Assembly (NCBI GenBank): GCA_002269645.1
Contig: NIVC01000709.1
Location: forward strand, 248,001 to 312,000
Source: Macrostomum lignano
Taxonomy: Eukaryota
Direction: 5' to 3'
DNA: 64,000 nt
Below the pieces are notes generated by a model. It worked only from the letters and a program-made list of their open reading frames with translations. It did no database searches and was not told where the DNA came from. Numbering within the stretch: position 1 is the stretch's first letter; the number at the start of each line of letters is the position of its first letter. The position numbers and the translations under genes were made by a program. Below are positions 40,025 through 52,209 of this stretch, in pieces.

Positions 40025-40678
40025 CCTATCCTCACTGATCCCCATTCTATCCTCACTGATCCACGTTCTATCCTCACTGATCCACGTTCTATCCTCACTG
40101 ATCCACGTTCTATCCTCACTGATCCCCATTCTATCCTCACTGATCCCCATTCTATCCTCACTGATCCCCGTTCTATCCTCACTGATCCACGTTCTATCCT
40201 CACTGATCCACGTTCTATCCTCACTGATCCCCATTCTATCCTCACTGATCCACGTTCTATCCTCACTGATCCCCATTCTATCCTCACTGATCCCCATTAT
40301 ATCCTCACTGATCCCCATTCTATCCTCACTGGTCCCTATTCTATCCTCACTCATCCCCATTCTATCCTCACTCATCCCCATTCTATCCTCACTGATCCAC
40401 GTTCTATCCTCACTGATCCCCGTTCTATCCTCACTGATCCACGTTCTATCCTCACTGATCCACGTTCTATCCTCACTGATCCCCATTCTATCCTCACTGA
40501 TCCACGTTCTATCCTCACTGATCCCCATTCTATCCTCACTGATCCCCATTATATCCTCACTGATCCCCATTCTATCCTCACTGGTCCCTATTCTATCCTC
40601 ACTCATCCCCATTCTATCCTCACTCATCCCCATTCTATCCTCACTGATCCCCATTCTATCCTCACTGATCCCTATTCT
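40025..40678. repeat. 21-bp pyrimidine-rich minisatellite (CTATCCTCACTGATCCCCATT)
   Basis: Lies just upstream of the MDC1-like acceptor. Confidence 0.96.
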
Positions 40679-40806
40679 ATATGTAGTCCGAGGATCAGAA
40701 TTTGGGCTGTACCGTCCCTGATCCCCTCAATGTACCCTTCACAAGTTATGCCCACCTACTCAAAAAAACAAATTCGGACTCAAAGCTTCCTCAAAATTGT
40801 CTTCAG

Positions 40807-43800
40807 GCGGCCAGCTTCCCCTGCACTCAGGTGCTGTGCACGCAGCAGTTCGACGCCTGCGCCGACTCTGACAATGACGACAACAATGTCTCCGCTGACG
40901 GCCGAGGCCAGCCTCTGGCCCAGCTGGTGCTGATGGGGCCGGCGGGCGGGGCCCAGCATCCGCTGTACACCGGCGAGAACACGGTCGGCCGCATGGACTC
41001 CTGCGATGTCCGGATCGAAGACCCCTCGGTGTCCGGCCGGCACGCCTGTCTGGAGCTCGGCCGCGGCCAGCAGCTGGTGTACGACCTGCACTCCACCAAC
41101 CGGAGCAGGAAGAACGACATGCCGCTGAAGCCGGAGATTCGCTACGACCTTCGAGATGGCGACCAGCTGAGGTTCGGCTTCGTCATGTGCCGCTTCGAAC
41201 TGCTGAAGCCGCCGGCCAAACCTTCCAAGCCTTCAAAGTCGCCGCAGCCGCAGTCGCCGAGACTCCTGGCTGAGGACGCTGACGGCGGCGGAGACGAGAC
41301 GCGCGAGGCGCTGCTGCTGGAGCAGAGCCAGTTCTTCGTGCCGACAACGCCGCCGCCGGCAGGCGAGGACGACGACAACCAGGAGACGGATATCGAGGAG
41401 GATGCTGGGACTTCCACCGCTGCAGCTGCTGATGGCCGGCCCCCTGCTGCCACGGTGCTGCTGGCTGAAGACAGTCACAACAGCAACGTCGTGCAAGATG
41501 ATGAGCTCCCAGCGCATCAGCAGTCCGCCGCTGCTGCTGCTGCGGTTGTAGTCCCGGACTCGATTCTGCTCATGCAGTCCACGGAGCGCCTGCACGAAGA
41601 CGATGCGGACGTTCAGGGCGCGTCCATTGCGGCTACGGAGCCGCTGCCAGCCGCCACGGCAGCTGTGGTCGACAGCAGCAGCACGTCTTTGATCGCCGCT
41701 GCCACTGACACGCTGCCGGTGCAGGCAAGCCGCGACGTCTCCTTGGCGGTGCCCACTGAGGCCATCAAGGAAACTGCGCCTCTGCCCGACTCCAGCGCTC
41801 TTGACGAGACTTTGCCGTTGACGACCGCCTCTCCCGCTGATGCCGTCACCGTCACCACTGCCACGGCCGTGCGCGCTGCCACGGGCGCTTTCCGTCTGTT
41901 CGGCGACGTCCCCAACGGCAACGCCAGCACCGTGCCTAAAAATTCCTTCGCTGGCGATTCCGCTCTGTTCTCAGCCGAGACCCAGCGGCTGGACTGGGCC
42001 GCTCCGGCCGCATCGGCTGCGGCTGCGACCGCGGCGGCGGCGGAGGACGTCGGGGATGACGACGAAAACGACGCGGCGCTGTTCGGCATGGAGACGCAGG
42101 CCCTGCCGTCTGGGTCTGCGGTCACGCCACCGGCGGCTGCGGCGACTGAGGCTGACAAAGCCAAGCAGCTGGCCGAATTTGATGAAGCTGATGTTGTCGC
42201 GGAGACGCCTTGCAAGGCGGCAGAGAGCGAAGATCCGCAGCTTCTGAGCCAGGCTACTCAAGCGGCTGTGAGCGACCAGCCGCCATCGGACTCACTATCG
42301 CTGCCCATCGACCGGGGGCTGGTCGGCGCCGTTCGGCGACCTCGGATCGATTCGTCGCCGTCCTCGTCGTCTCCGTCCAGTCCGGAAGCGGCGGCGGCGG
42401 CTCCGGCTGTGTCGGGGTCTGCAGCTTCTGGCAGCAGCGGTGCCGATCGCGGCGGTTGGCTTAGCAAAGCCCATCTCGCTTTGCCGTTGACTGCCAAACC
42501 TGCAGCGGCCAGTCGGGGCGGTCCCGGCGGTGGCAGGGGCCGCGGCAGGGGCAGAGGCGCCCGGCAATCTGTCACAACCGGAAGTGACAATGCGGAGCCG
42601 GAAGTAGCCGGAAGTGACGCAGTCCGCGGCGGTAGAGGAAGAGGGAGAGGCGCCAGGCAATCTGTCACAACCGGAAGTGACAATGCGGAGCCGGAAGTAG
42701 CCGGAAGTGACGCAGTCCGCGGCGGTAGAGGCAGAGGGAGAGGAAGAGGGAGAGGCGCCAGGCAATCTGTCACAACCGGAAGTGCTAATGCGGAGCCGGA
42801 AGTAGCCGGAAGTGACGCAGTCCGCGGCGGTAGAGGCAGAGGGAGAGGAAGAGGGAGAGGTGCCAGGCAATCTGTTGCAACCAGAGAGGACAGTCCAAAG
42901 CCGGAAGTGGCCGGAAGCGACAGAGGCAAAATAAGTCAGCAGGCTGGTCAAACTGGATGTGCAAGTACGAAACCGGAAGTGGCCGGAAGCGACGCAGTCC
43001 GTGACGGCAGTGGAAGACCTGCTAAGCGATCCCGAGCTGCCTCTTCTCTCCCCGATGCCGGCAGCTGCTCAGCCGATGCAGCTGGCGGTGAAGCTGTAGG
43101 CCCAGGGTCTCCCGCTCAGGCAAAGTCCATCAAACTGACGACTGACCCGGCACCAGGCGACAGCGCCTCGCCGGCTTCAATCTCTGCCAGGAGGAGCGCG
43201 CGCGGGAGTCCCAGCCCTTCTCCAGGCAGACCGACTCGAGCCTCTGCGCCGCCTTGCAATGCTTTGGCAGGCGCTGGTCCCTGCGGCTCTCCTGCAGCAA
43301 CAAAGACTGCTAGCTCAGATGTAGGAGAAATACAGGCTGACAGGCTATCCAGGAGTCAAACAAAGACTAGCAGCGCAGCCAGTGAGAAAGGCGAGTCTCA
43401 AGTGTCCGAAGTGTCCGAATCGCAAACTTCAGAAGCTGGCGTAACGAAACGGGCCCGCGGCAGGCCAGCCAGGGGCCGGACGACAAAGACTGCTGATTTA
43501 GACGAGCCATCCGACGCGTCGACTTCAACAAGCCAAGCCGCTGCGACCACCGTGCCTAAGAAATCTCGAGGTAGGGTGACAAAGAGTCAAACAAAGACCG
43601 GTGCTAGTGCGGAAGCTGGTCCTGCGGAGGATTCAGCGAAGCAGGAACCAGAATCCACCTCTCGCAGTAGGGGAAGAGCGACAAAGAGTCAAACAAAGAC
43701 CGGTGCTAGTGCGGAAGCTGGTCCTACGGAGGATTCAGCGAAGCAGGAACCAGAATCCACCTCTCGCGGTAGGGGCAGAGCGACAAAGAGTCAAACAAAG

Positions 43801-44772
43801 ACGGAGGCTGCAGAGGCCAAACCTGCAGAGAACTCGGTGAACCAAGAATCGGAATCGGTTGTTTCTAAGAAATCTCGCGGTAGGGGCAGAGTGACAAAGA
43901 GTCAAACAAAGACTAGCGCTCCTGCCGAGGAACCATCTATTGACGGAGCGGCCAGCCAGTCCGCCTCTGAGAGGTCGTCGACGACTTCCCGCGGCAGGCG
44001 AGGTCGCCAAACAAAGACTGTTTCCGTGGACGACGACGACGACGGTGCTTCGTCGACGCGCGGCAGCGAAGTCGGGAGCGCGTCAAACAAACGGCCACGG
44101 AAGCGCGCAACGAGTGTCGGCGACGAGGCCGAAGCCGACGAGCCGGCAAGGAAGCGGTCGACCTCGAGGAAGGCCGCCGCCGCCGCCGCCGATGCAGCGG
44201 ACAGCGTTGCGGTGATGTTCACCGGCGTCGACGAGGCGACTCTGGCGCCGATTGTCCGGCGCCTCGGCGGCCGGGTGACCGAGGTGCCGTCAGAGGCGAC
44301 GCACCTGGTGACAGACCGGGTACGGCGCACCGTAAAGCTGCTCTGCTGCGTGGCCCGCGGCGTCCCCGTCGTCAGCGTCGACTGGCTGACGGACAGCCGC
44401 TCGGCCGGCCGCTTTCTCGACTCCGCCGCCGGCTACCCGGTGGCCGGGGAGGCCGACTTCGGCGTCAACCTGACACAAGTCTGCGAGCGGGCGCGCCGCG
44501 GCCAGCAGCTGCTGTCCGGCCAGACCGTGGCCGCCACGACGTCCGTCCGGCCGGACCCGGCCAGTCTCGCCCAGATCGTCGCCAGCGCCGGCGGTCGCTT
44601 CGTCGGAGTCGGTGCGGCGGCATTCAAAGCCTGCAGCCTCGTGTTCACCTGCGAGGCCGACGCCAAGGCGCTGGCGCGACTGCCGGCCGGGGTGACGGCG
44701 CTGCAGGTCGAAGCGCTGCTGTCGGGCGTGCTGAAGGGCCGCCTGGACACCGAGGCCTTCCGCATGCGATGA
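40807..44772 (+). CDS. MDC1: Mediator of DNA damage checkpoint 1-like protein (FHA, long disordered linker, tandem BRCT)
   Basis: One long open frame. FHA: GENTVGR..SVSGRHA..DLHSTN..LRDGDQLRFG. BRCT1: VMFTG..LGG..ATHLV..RRTVKLLC..VSVDWL. BRCT2: LLSG..IVASAGG..LLSGVLK. The start codon is unresolved; the start given is an in-frame AG acceptor. Confidence 0.85.
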   Translation, partial: AASFPCTQVLCTQQFDACADSDNDDNNVSADGRGQPLAQLVLMGPAGGAQHPLYTGENTVGRMDSCDVRIEDPSVSGRHACLELGRGQQLVYDLHSTNRSRKNDMPLKPEIRYDLRDGDQLRFGFVMCRFELLKPPAKPSKPSKSPQPQSPRLLAEDADGGGDETREALLLEQSQFFVPTTPPPAGEDDDNQETDIEEDAGTSTAAAADGRPPAATVLLAEDSHNSNVVQDDELPAHQQSAAAAAAVVVPDSILLMQSTERLHEDDADVQGASIAATEPLPAATAAVVDSSSTSLIAAATDTLPVQASRDVSLAVPTEAIKETAPLPDSSALDETLPLTTASPADAVTVTTATAVRAATGAFRLFGDVPNGNASTVPKNSFAGDSALFSAETQRLDWAAPAASAAAATAAAAEDVGDDDENDAALFGMETQALPSGSAVTPPAAAATEADKAKQLAEFDEADVVAETPCKAAESEDPQLLSQATQAAVSDQPPSDSLSLPIDRGLVGAVRRPRIDSSPSSSSPSSPEAAAAAPAVSGSAASGSSGADRGGWLSKAHLALPLTAKPAAASRGGPGGGRGRGRGRGARQSVTTGSDNAEPEVAGSDAVRGGRGRGRGARQSVTTGSDNAEPEVAGSDAVRGGRGRGRGRGRGARQSVTTGSANAEPEVAGSDAVRGGRGRGRGRGRGARQSVATREDSPKPEVAGSDRGKISQQAGQTGCASTKPEVAGSDAVRDGSGRPAKRSRAASSLPDAGSCSADAAGGEAVGPGSPAQAKSIKLTTDPAPGDSASPASISARRSARGSPSPSPGRPTRASAPPCNALAGAGPCGSPAATKTASSDVGEIQADRLSRSQTKTSSAASEKGESQVSEVSESQTSEAGVTKRARGRPARGRTTKTADLDEPSDASTSTSQAAATTVPKKSRGRVTKSQTKTGASAEAGPAEDSAKQEPESTSRSRGRATKSQTKTGASAEAGPTEDSAKQEPESTSRGRGRATKSQTKTEAAEAKPAENSVNQESESVVSKKSRGRGRVTKSQTKTSAPAEEPSIDGAASQSASERSSTTSRGRRGRQTKTVSVDDDDDGASSTRGSEVGSASNKRPRKRATSVGDEAEADEPARKRSTSRKAAAAAADAADSVAVMFTGVDEATLAPIVRRLGGRVTEVPSEATHLVTDRVRRTVKLLCCVARGVPVVSVDWLTDSRSAGRFLDSAAGYPVAGEADFGVNLTQVCERARRGQQLLSGQTVAATTSVRPDPASLAQIVASAGGRFVGVGAAAFKACSLVFTCEADAKALARLPAGVTALQVEALLSGVLKGRLDTEAFRMR

Positions 44773-44774
44773 CG

Positions 44775-45735
44775 GGATTGGTTGATAAACTGGGAGAATT
44801 GACTGATAAACTGGGAGAATTGACTGATAAACTGGGAGAATTGACTGATAAACTGGGAGAATTGACTGATAAACTGGGAGAATTGACTGATAGACTGGGA
44901 GAATTGACTGATAAACTGGGAGAATTGACTGATAGACTGGGAGAATTGACTGATAAACTGGGAGAATTGACTGATAAACTGGGAGAATTGACTAATAAAC
45001 TGGGAGAATTGACTGATAAACTGGGAGAATTGACTGATAAACTGGGAGAATTGACTGATAGACTGGGAGAATCGATTGATAAACTGGGAGAATTGACTGA
45101 TAGACTGGGAGAATTGACTGATAGACTGGGAGAATTGACTGATAAACTGGGAGAATTGACTGATAAACTGGGAGAATTGACTGATAGACTGGGAGAATCG
45201 ATTGATAAACTGGGAGAATTGACTGATAAACTGGGAGAATTGACTGATAGACTGGGAGAATTGACTGATAAACTGGGAGAATTGACTGATAAACTGGGAG
45301 AATTGACTGATAAACTGGGAGAATTGACTGATAAACTGGGAGAATCGATTGATAGACTGGGAGAATTGACTGATAAACTGGGAGAATTGACTGATAAACT
45401 GGGAGAATTGACTGATAAACTGGGAGAATTGACTGATAAACTGGGAGAATTGACTGATAAACTGGGAGAATTGACTGATAAACTGGGAGAATTGACTGAT
45501 AAACTAGGAGAATTGAAGGATAAACTGTGAGAACTGATTGATAAACTGGGAGAATTGAGGGATAAACTGGGAGAACTGAGGGATAAACTGTGAGAACTGA
45601 TTGATAAACTGGGAGAATTGAGGGATAAACTGGGAGAACTGAGGGATAAACTGGGAGAATTGATTGATAAACTGGGAGAACTGAGGGATAAACTGGGAGA
45701 ACTGAGGGATAAACTGGGAGAATTGATTGATAAAG
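44775..45735. repeat. 21-bp minisatellite (TTGACTGATAAACTGGGAGAA)
   Basis: Starts immediately after the MDC1 stop codon. Confidence 0.97.
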
Positions 45736-46394
45736 TTTTTCTCGGCTAAGCGCATTTTGTCTTCATTTGTTCATTCTAGCAACTCTCTTTATTCCCACAA
45801 ATAAATTTATTTTTGTATTGCTGCATTTTATATTGATTATTTTGCTTGAGCTCCTGTGCTCGGTTGATCACCTAAGCATGCTAATGTATCAGCTTATATA
45901 ATAAATTATTTATGGCTCATTAATTATCCCGATAGATGCCGCAGGAGCCTGCGCTGCATCTCAGGCATAAATTGTCCCGCGCTGTTATTTGGCTTGCTTC
46001 TTCCTTTGTTGCTATTTTTGCGTAGGGGAGCTGCATGTAGATTTAACTGTCGAATGCCAGACGGTATGTATCGAAAATCAATTTTTATTAGTAAATATTT
46101 GGCACTAATTAAACCCGTTTAATAAAGTTAAAAGAATTCTTTATTTTTAAAGGCTCAGGTCACCAAAAATGGATTCAATCGATCTAAAAAGCCTTTTGTT
46201 CATTCAAAGTTGAATGACTTGCAGGGAGTCGCATTTTAATGAATTGAAATTTGACTATCAAAATTCTAATTGTTTCCACTTCAATCAATTTTTAGTCTCA
46301 GAGCAACTGGATAATTTGCTAGATTAACTTGAGTTGAATGCTAATGGTTCTAATCTCAGCGGCTACTTGCTAAGGCAATCATGCATCTCGATCC

Positions 46395-47975
46395 CACATG
46401 TACTTTGATCCCTGCATTTCAATCCCTACATGTACTTTGATCCCTGCATCTCAATCCCTACATGTACTCCCTGCATCTCAATACCTACATGTACTCCCTG
46501 CATCTCAATACCTACATGTACTCCCTGCATTTCAATACCTACATGTACTTTGATCCCTGCATCTCAATCCCTACATGTACTTTGATCCCTGCATCTCAAT
46601 CCCTACATGTACTCCCTGCATCTCAATACCTACATGTACTCCCTGCATCTCAATACCTACATGTACTCCCTGCATTTCAATACCTACATGTACTTTGATC
46701 CCTGCATCTCAATCCCTACATGTACTTTGATCCCTGCATCTCAATCCCTACATGTACTTTGATCCCAGCATCTTTATCCCTACATGTACTTTGATCCCTG
46801 CATCTCAATCCCTACATGTACTTTGATCCCAGCATCTTTATCCCTACATGTACTTTGATCCCTGCATCTCAATCCCTACATGTACTCCCTGCATCTCAAT
46901 CCCTACATGTACTCCCTGCATCTCAATACCTACATGTACTCCCTGCATTTCAATACCTACATGTACTTTCATCCCTGCATCTCAATCCCTACATGTACTT
47001 TGATCCCAGCATCTTTATCCCTACATGTACTTTGATCCCTGCATCTCAATCCCTACATGTACTCCCTGCATCTCAATACCTACATGTACTCCCTGCATCT
47101 CAATACCTACATGTACTCCCTGCATTTCAATACCTACATGTACTTTGATCCCTGCATCTCAATCCCTACATGTACTTTGATCCCTGCATCTCAATCCCTA
47201 CATGTACTCCCTGCATCTCAATACCTACATGTACTCCCTGCATCTCAATACCTACATGTACTCCCTGCATTTCAATACCTACATGTACTTTGATCCCTGC
47301 ATCTCAATCCCTACATGTACTTTGATCCCTGCATCTCAATCCCTACATGTACTTTGATCCCAGCATCTTTATCCCTACATGTACTTTGATCCCTGCATCT
47401 CAATCCCTACATGTACTCCCTGCATCTCAATCCCTACATGTACTCCCTGCATCTCAATACCTACATGTACTCCCTGCATTTCAATACCTACATGTACTTT
47501 GATCCCAGCATCTTTATCCCTACATGTACTTTGATCCCAGCATCTTTATCCCTACATGTACTTTGATCCCTGCATCTCAATCCCTACATGTACTCCCTGC
47601 ATCTCAATACTTACATGTACTCCCTGCATTTCAATACCTACATGTACTTTGATCCCTGCATCTTTATCCCTACATGTACTTTGATCCCTGCATCTCAATC
47701 CCTACATGTACTTTGATCCCAGCATCTTTATCCCTACATGTACTTTGATCCCTGCATCTCAATCCCTACATGTACTCCCTGCATCTCAATACCTACATGT
47801 ACTCCCTGCATTTCAATACCTACATGTACTTTGATCCCTGCATCTCAATCCCTACATGTAATTTAATCCCTTAATCTTGATCCCTACATGTACTTGATCC
47901 CTGTATCTCGATCCCTACATGTACTTGATCCCTGCATCTCGATCTCTACATGTACTTTCATCCCTGCATCTCAAT
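46395..47975. repeat. 28/32-bp minisatellite with TACATGTA palindrome and higher-order repeats
   Basis: Units TACATGTACT(TTGAT)CCCTGCAT(C/T)TCAAT(A/C)CC; blocks of variants recur. Confidence 0.96.
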
Positions 47976-49231
47976 CTCGACTCTTTCTGCATCACCTTTA
48001 GCTCTTATTAATCTAGCTTCTCTCTCACCGAAAGTTGCTGCCCCACTCCTCGCAACAAGATTTGATATCGCAAGCTGCTTACATGCAGCTCCCTCCTAGT
48101 TCATGTTGGCTGGCACAGTTCTAAGGAGGCTTCTGCCATTCATGTGGCGGCACTGCCAGCCCCACTGCACCTCTCTGCCCATGCAGGTGTATCCTGTGCA
48201 CAGGGCAGGCTCTGCGGCCTACGCTCGTTCACTCGTGTTCTCCGGCCTTGCCTTAATTTGCTTTCAGGGCGCTCCTGGCGGGTATCCAAGTGTCGAATGT
48301 CACGGGTGAGGTGAGCGCGCGACCTCTGTGTGCGAACTGGAGCCTAATCAGTGAGGGCATCATATTGCCCGGCCATTAGCCTACAGCCGATTGACAAGTA
48401 TTTCTACAGCACCGAATTAGCGCTTAACTGCAGTTCAGTGCGCAGTTTTGCCCCCCCCCCCCCTGGCAACTCGTTATCTGCAGAACCCGCGCTTGAGAAA
48501 GGCGTAGGAGTTTTTGTCGCCAAGCAGCCAAGCGGAGCCATTAAAAACGGTTAGCCTAAACTTGTGGAAAACTGCAAGTAATGTAGCTGCGCTGTCTTGC
48601 CAATGGCGATGTCATTTTTTCACATTATTCAAGCAATTGCTTGCTGTTCAGAACTCTCCGCCTTCCCTGCACTCAGGTCCCGTATTCCTTCACTTTTTTA
48701 GCTCTTTCCTCGCGTGTCTCCTGGCAAGTTTGTCTTCTCCCGTGAATTGTTTCAGTCGAGAGCATCCTCTGCAGAAGCGGAGCAGATCTTCTTGAGCGTC
48801 CCGCAGCCATTGGCTCGTGAGGGAATCTGGGGGGGGGGAGCAGCCCGCGGAGCGGACAGTCCAGCGCACATCCGGGATCTCCCTGCTCCCTCCCCCACTC
48901 AGTTCCCCATCGCTCACCCGCCGTCCCACCAGTCCCTGTGCGCACACAGCCCGCGTACACTGCTGCACTGGCCTGTAGGAGTAGGCGTGGAATTGGCTGG
49001 GGGGGGGGGGGCAGGCCGGCCATAAATGAATCTGCCTGCCCCTAAGGTGAAGGCAGAGCCACGCCTAGACCCCCCGGTGCAATCCGAATTCGCGGTCTCT
49101 CCTAACAAAATCAAATCGAATGGAATGCCTCCTGTTGCATCCTTAGATCTTCGGCTGCAGCCTCTTCATCTCTTCCAGCCTCTCCTAGAAGCAGCGCCGG
49201 CAGCAGCAGCCGTTGACGACGCCAGCCGTCG

Positions 49232-51374
49232 ATGCTGAAGAGGTCGCTGCTGCGGATCCTGCATCGTCTGCTGTGCCGACGTCGCCCCCTCAGCCTCATG
49301 CTGGGCCACCTTCGCCACTGCGGCCGCTGGCTGGCCCCGCTGCTGCTTCTGACTGCCGCCACCTGCCTCATCGTCTCAACGGCGCTGACCTCCTCGGCAG
49401 CGGCCGCCGCTGCACCGCCTCCGCCAGCGGTACCGCAGCAGCAGCAGCAGCCGCAACCTCAACAGCAGCAACAAGCTCCGCTTTCTCAGGCTCCAGCAGC
49501 TGCATCAAATCGCTCGGCTGCTCAGCCCGCTGAAGTGCTTCAGCAGCAGCCGTCGGAGCCACAGGCGCCTTCTTTGAACCGGCAGCCGCTCGCAGTCACC
49601 GACTTCCTTCGCCGCGTGGCCGACGCCAGCCATCAGGACCCCGGCGGCCGGCTGATGAGCTCGTTGCGCTCCAAGCTGCCTCTGCTGAACCTCCTGGCCA
49701 CCTCCAGCGCCGATCCAAGGAGCCTCTCGGAGCGCGCCAAGGCCTGCGCCGGCGCCCGCGCCAAGTCGTTCGTCCTGCGCTACGTGCAGAACTTCGCCTA
49801 CGTGCACAACGAGCCGGACCTGTGCGCCGGCCAGCTGCTGCTGCTCACCGCCGTGCACAGCAACGCCAAGAACTTCAACAGGCGCGCCACCATCCGCCGG
49901 ACCTGGGGCTCCCTGCGCTACGTCGGCGCCAACCGCCTTCAGCTGGTCTTCTTCCTGGGCCTGCCGGGAAACCCGGAGCACCAGGCCGAGATTGACGCAG
50001 AGAGTCGCCGGCATCGGGACATTGTGCAGGTGAGTCTGAGCTGTGCTTAGGCGCCATTTTCAGCTGCTGGAGTTCATGCGTTTGGCGCCAATTGCAGTCA
50101 GTTTGAGTTCATGCGTTTGGCGCCAATTGCAGCCGGTTTGAGTTCATGCGTTTGGCGCCAATTGCAGCCGGTTTGAGTTCATGCGTTTGGCGCCAATTGC
50201 AGCCGGTTTAAGTTCATGCGTTTGGCGCCAATTGCAGTCAGTTTGAGTTCATGCGTTTGGCGCCAATTGCAGCCGGTTTGAGTTCATGCGTTTGGCGCCA
50301 ATTGCAGCCGGTTTGAGTTCATGCGTTTGGCGCCAATTGCAGCCGGTTTGAGTTCATGCGTTTGGCGCCAATTGCAGCCGGTTTGAGTTCATGCGTTTGG
50401 CGCCAATTGCAGCCGGTTTGAGTTCATGCGTTTGGCGCCAATTGCAGCCGGTTTAAGTTCATGCGTTTGGCGCCAATTGCAGTCAGTTTGAGTTCATGCG
50501 TTTGGCGCCAATTGCAGCCGGTTTGAGTTCATGCGTTTGGCGCCAATTGCAGCCGGTTTGAGTTCATGCGTTTGGCGCCAATTGCAGCCGGTTTGAGTTC
50601 ATGCGTTTGGCGCCAATTGCAGCAGGTTTGAGTTCATGAATTTGGCGCTAATTGCAGCCAGTTTGAGTTCATGCATTTGGCGCCAATTGCAGCCAGTTTG
50701 AGTTCATGCATTTGGCGCCAATTGCGGTCGCTTTATTTTCCGGATTGGTGACGCGTAAAGCAACTCACCTCTTATTGCCCCCCCCCCTACAGCTGGACTA
50801 CCGAGAGCACTATCGCAACATGTCGCTGAAGCACCTGAGCGTCTACGAGTGGATGATCCTCCACTGCCAGTCGGCGCAGTACCTCGCCAAAGTGGACGAC
50901 GACACCTTCACGGACGTGGTGCACCTAGCTGCGTTTCTGCAGCACAGCCCGCCCGACGGCTTCTACTGCTCCAACACCCGCGGCGCCAAGCCGCAGCGGC
51001 TGAGGCGCGGTCCGAAGGCCAAGTGGGCGGTCAACCGGGCGGAGTTCGCGGCGGCCCGCTACCCCGCCTACTGCGAGGGCTTCGGCTACGCGGTGCGCGC
51101 CTCCCGCCTGCCCGACCTGTACCTGTGCTCTCTGTTCAGCAAGTTCTTCTGGATTGACGATGTCTACGTGACTGGCGTGCTGGCCGCGGCCGCGAAGGTG
51201 CCGCTGGCCGGGTTCTGGGCCGGACACGGGTACACCGGACAGCTGCCCAGCCTGGCGTCCGAGAAGATTCTCGACTACATCTTTCTGGTGGCCGATCACA
51301 ACGAATTCCTGGAGGTTGTCTGGCACCGGCTGTGGCGGTCGGTGCTGCAGTTCAGTCTGGACCTGACGCTGTGA
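49232..51374 (+). CDS. GT31-family beta-1,3-galactosyltransferase (type II membrane), 2 exons
   Basis: Exon1 49232-50029 (N-terminal TM, Gln-rich stem, RRATIRRTWG, LVFFLG). Exon2 50793-51374 (YRNMSLK, AKVDDDTF, YPAYCEGFGY, WIDDVYVTG). Phase-0 GT-AG intron. Confidence 0.93.
50075..50730. repeat. 35-bp intronic minisatellite (TTTGAGTTCATGCGTTTGGCGCCAATTGCAGCCGG)
   Basis: Fills the single intron of the GT31 gene. Confidence 0.96.
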
Positions 51375-51449
51375 TGTTTTTTTACTCCTAGTGCTGGTTG
51401 ACCGAAAATTGACCGAAAATCCGAAGTTCCACGGATTGGATTGGTTATT

Positions 51450-51712
51450 CAGTGAACAGATTAGCAATCCAGTGAATAGATTAGCAATCCAGTGAGCAGA
51501 TTAGCAATCCAGTGAATAGATTAGCAATCCAGTGAATAGATTAGCAATCCAGTGAATAGATTAGCAATCCAGTGAACAGATTAGCAATCCAGTGAATATA
51601 TTAGCAATCCAGTGAATAGATTAGCAATCCAAGTGAACAGATTAGCAATCCAGTGAATAGATTAGCAATCCAAGTGAACAGATTAGCAATCCAGTGAATA
51701 GATTAGCAATCC
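51450..51712. repeat. 20-bp minisatellite (CCAGTGAATAGATTAGCAAT) in GT31 3' flank
   Basis: Directly visible. Confidence 0.93.
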
Positions 51713-52209
51713 AATAGCAACAACATCATGGCTTGAAATCCGAGCGGTGATGTCAGAAGAGAGATGTAGCAAATCCACTTTTCTCAGTAAGAAGTAGAAG
51801 ACAACTAGGATATTCATATCATTATACTATGTAAAGTATGCTCCAACTGCATTGTAATAGACTGCAGTTCATAATCTCAAAGCTGCTAACTGCATGTTTT
51901 CTGCAAAACTGTTGAGTAGCAATCTTATCTGCTTGTTGAACTCAGAGCAGAGCTCATGCTGTGTAGTCGAAGCTCCTCCACCACTCTGCTCTGACCTGCA
52001 TTCCTAAGGCATCCCCAATCTTTCTATGAGCGCTAATTTATTTCATAAAGTACTTTTTTACCCGCCTGCAAGCAAAACATTTTCTTTTCTGTCTGTCTGG
52101 TTCAATAAAATCGGGCGGCTTGGCAACTGAAACTGATTCATTTCTTTTCCAGAAAATGAGATAATCTCGAATTTTATGCTTTTTATTATCCGGGATTCCG
52201 GGACCCAGT

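Noticed and set aside
39927-40721. Hydrophobic (LSSLIPI)n ORF as a membrane protein or MDC1 upstream exon
   Set aside because: It is a 21-bp minisatellite in a different frame from MDC1, with no credible start or donor.
44769-45530. 253-aa heptad (DKLGELT)n coiled-coil-like ORF whose ATG overlaps the MDC1 stop (ATGA)
   Set aside because: A 21-bp repeat gives 7-aa periodicity automatically and there is no unique coding sequence. Only Ribo-seq evidence of reinitiation would revive it.
46395-50730. Regular 28-35-bp repeats with palindromes that could suggest CRISPR arrays
   Set aside because: The units are head-to-tail with no unique spacers, there are no cas genes, and the context is eukaryotic and intron-rich.
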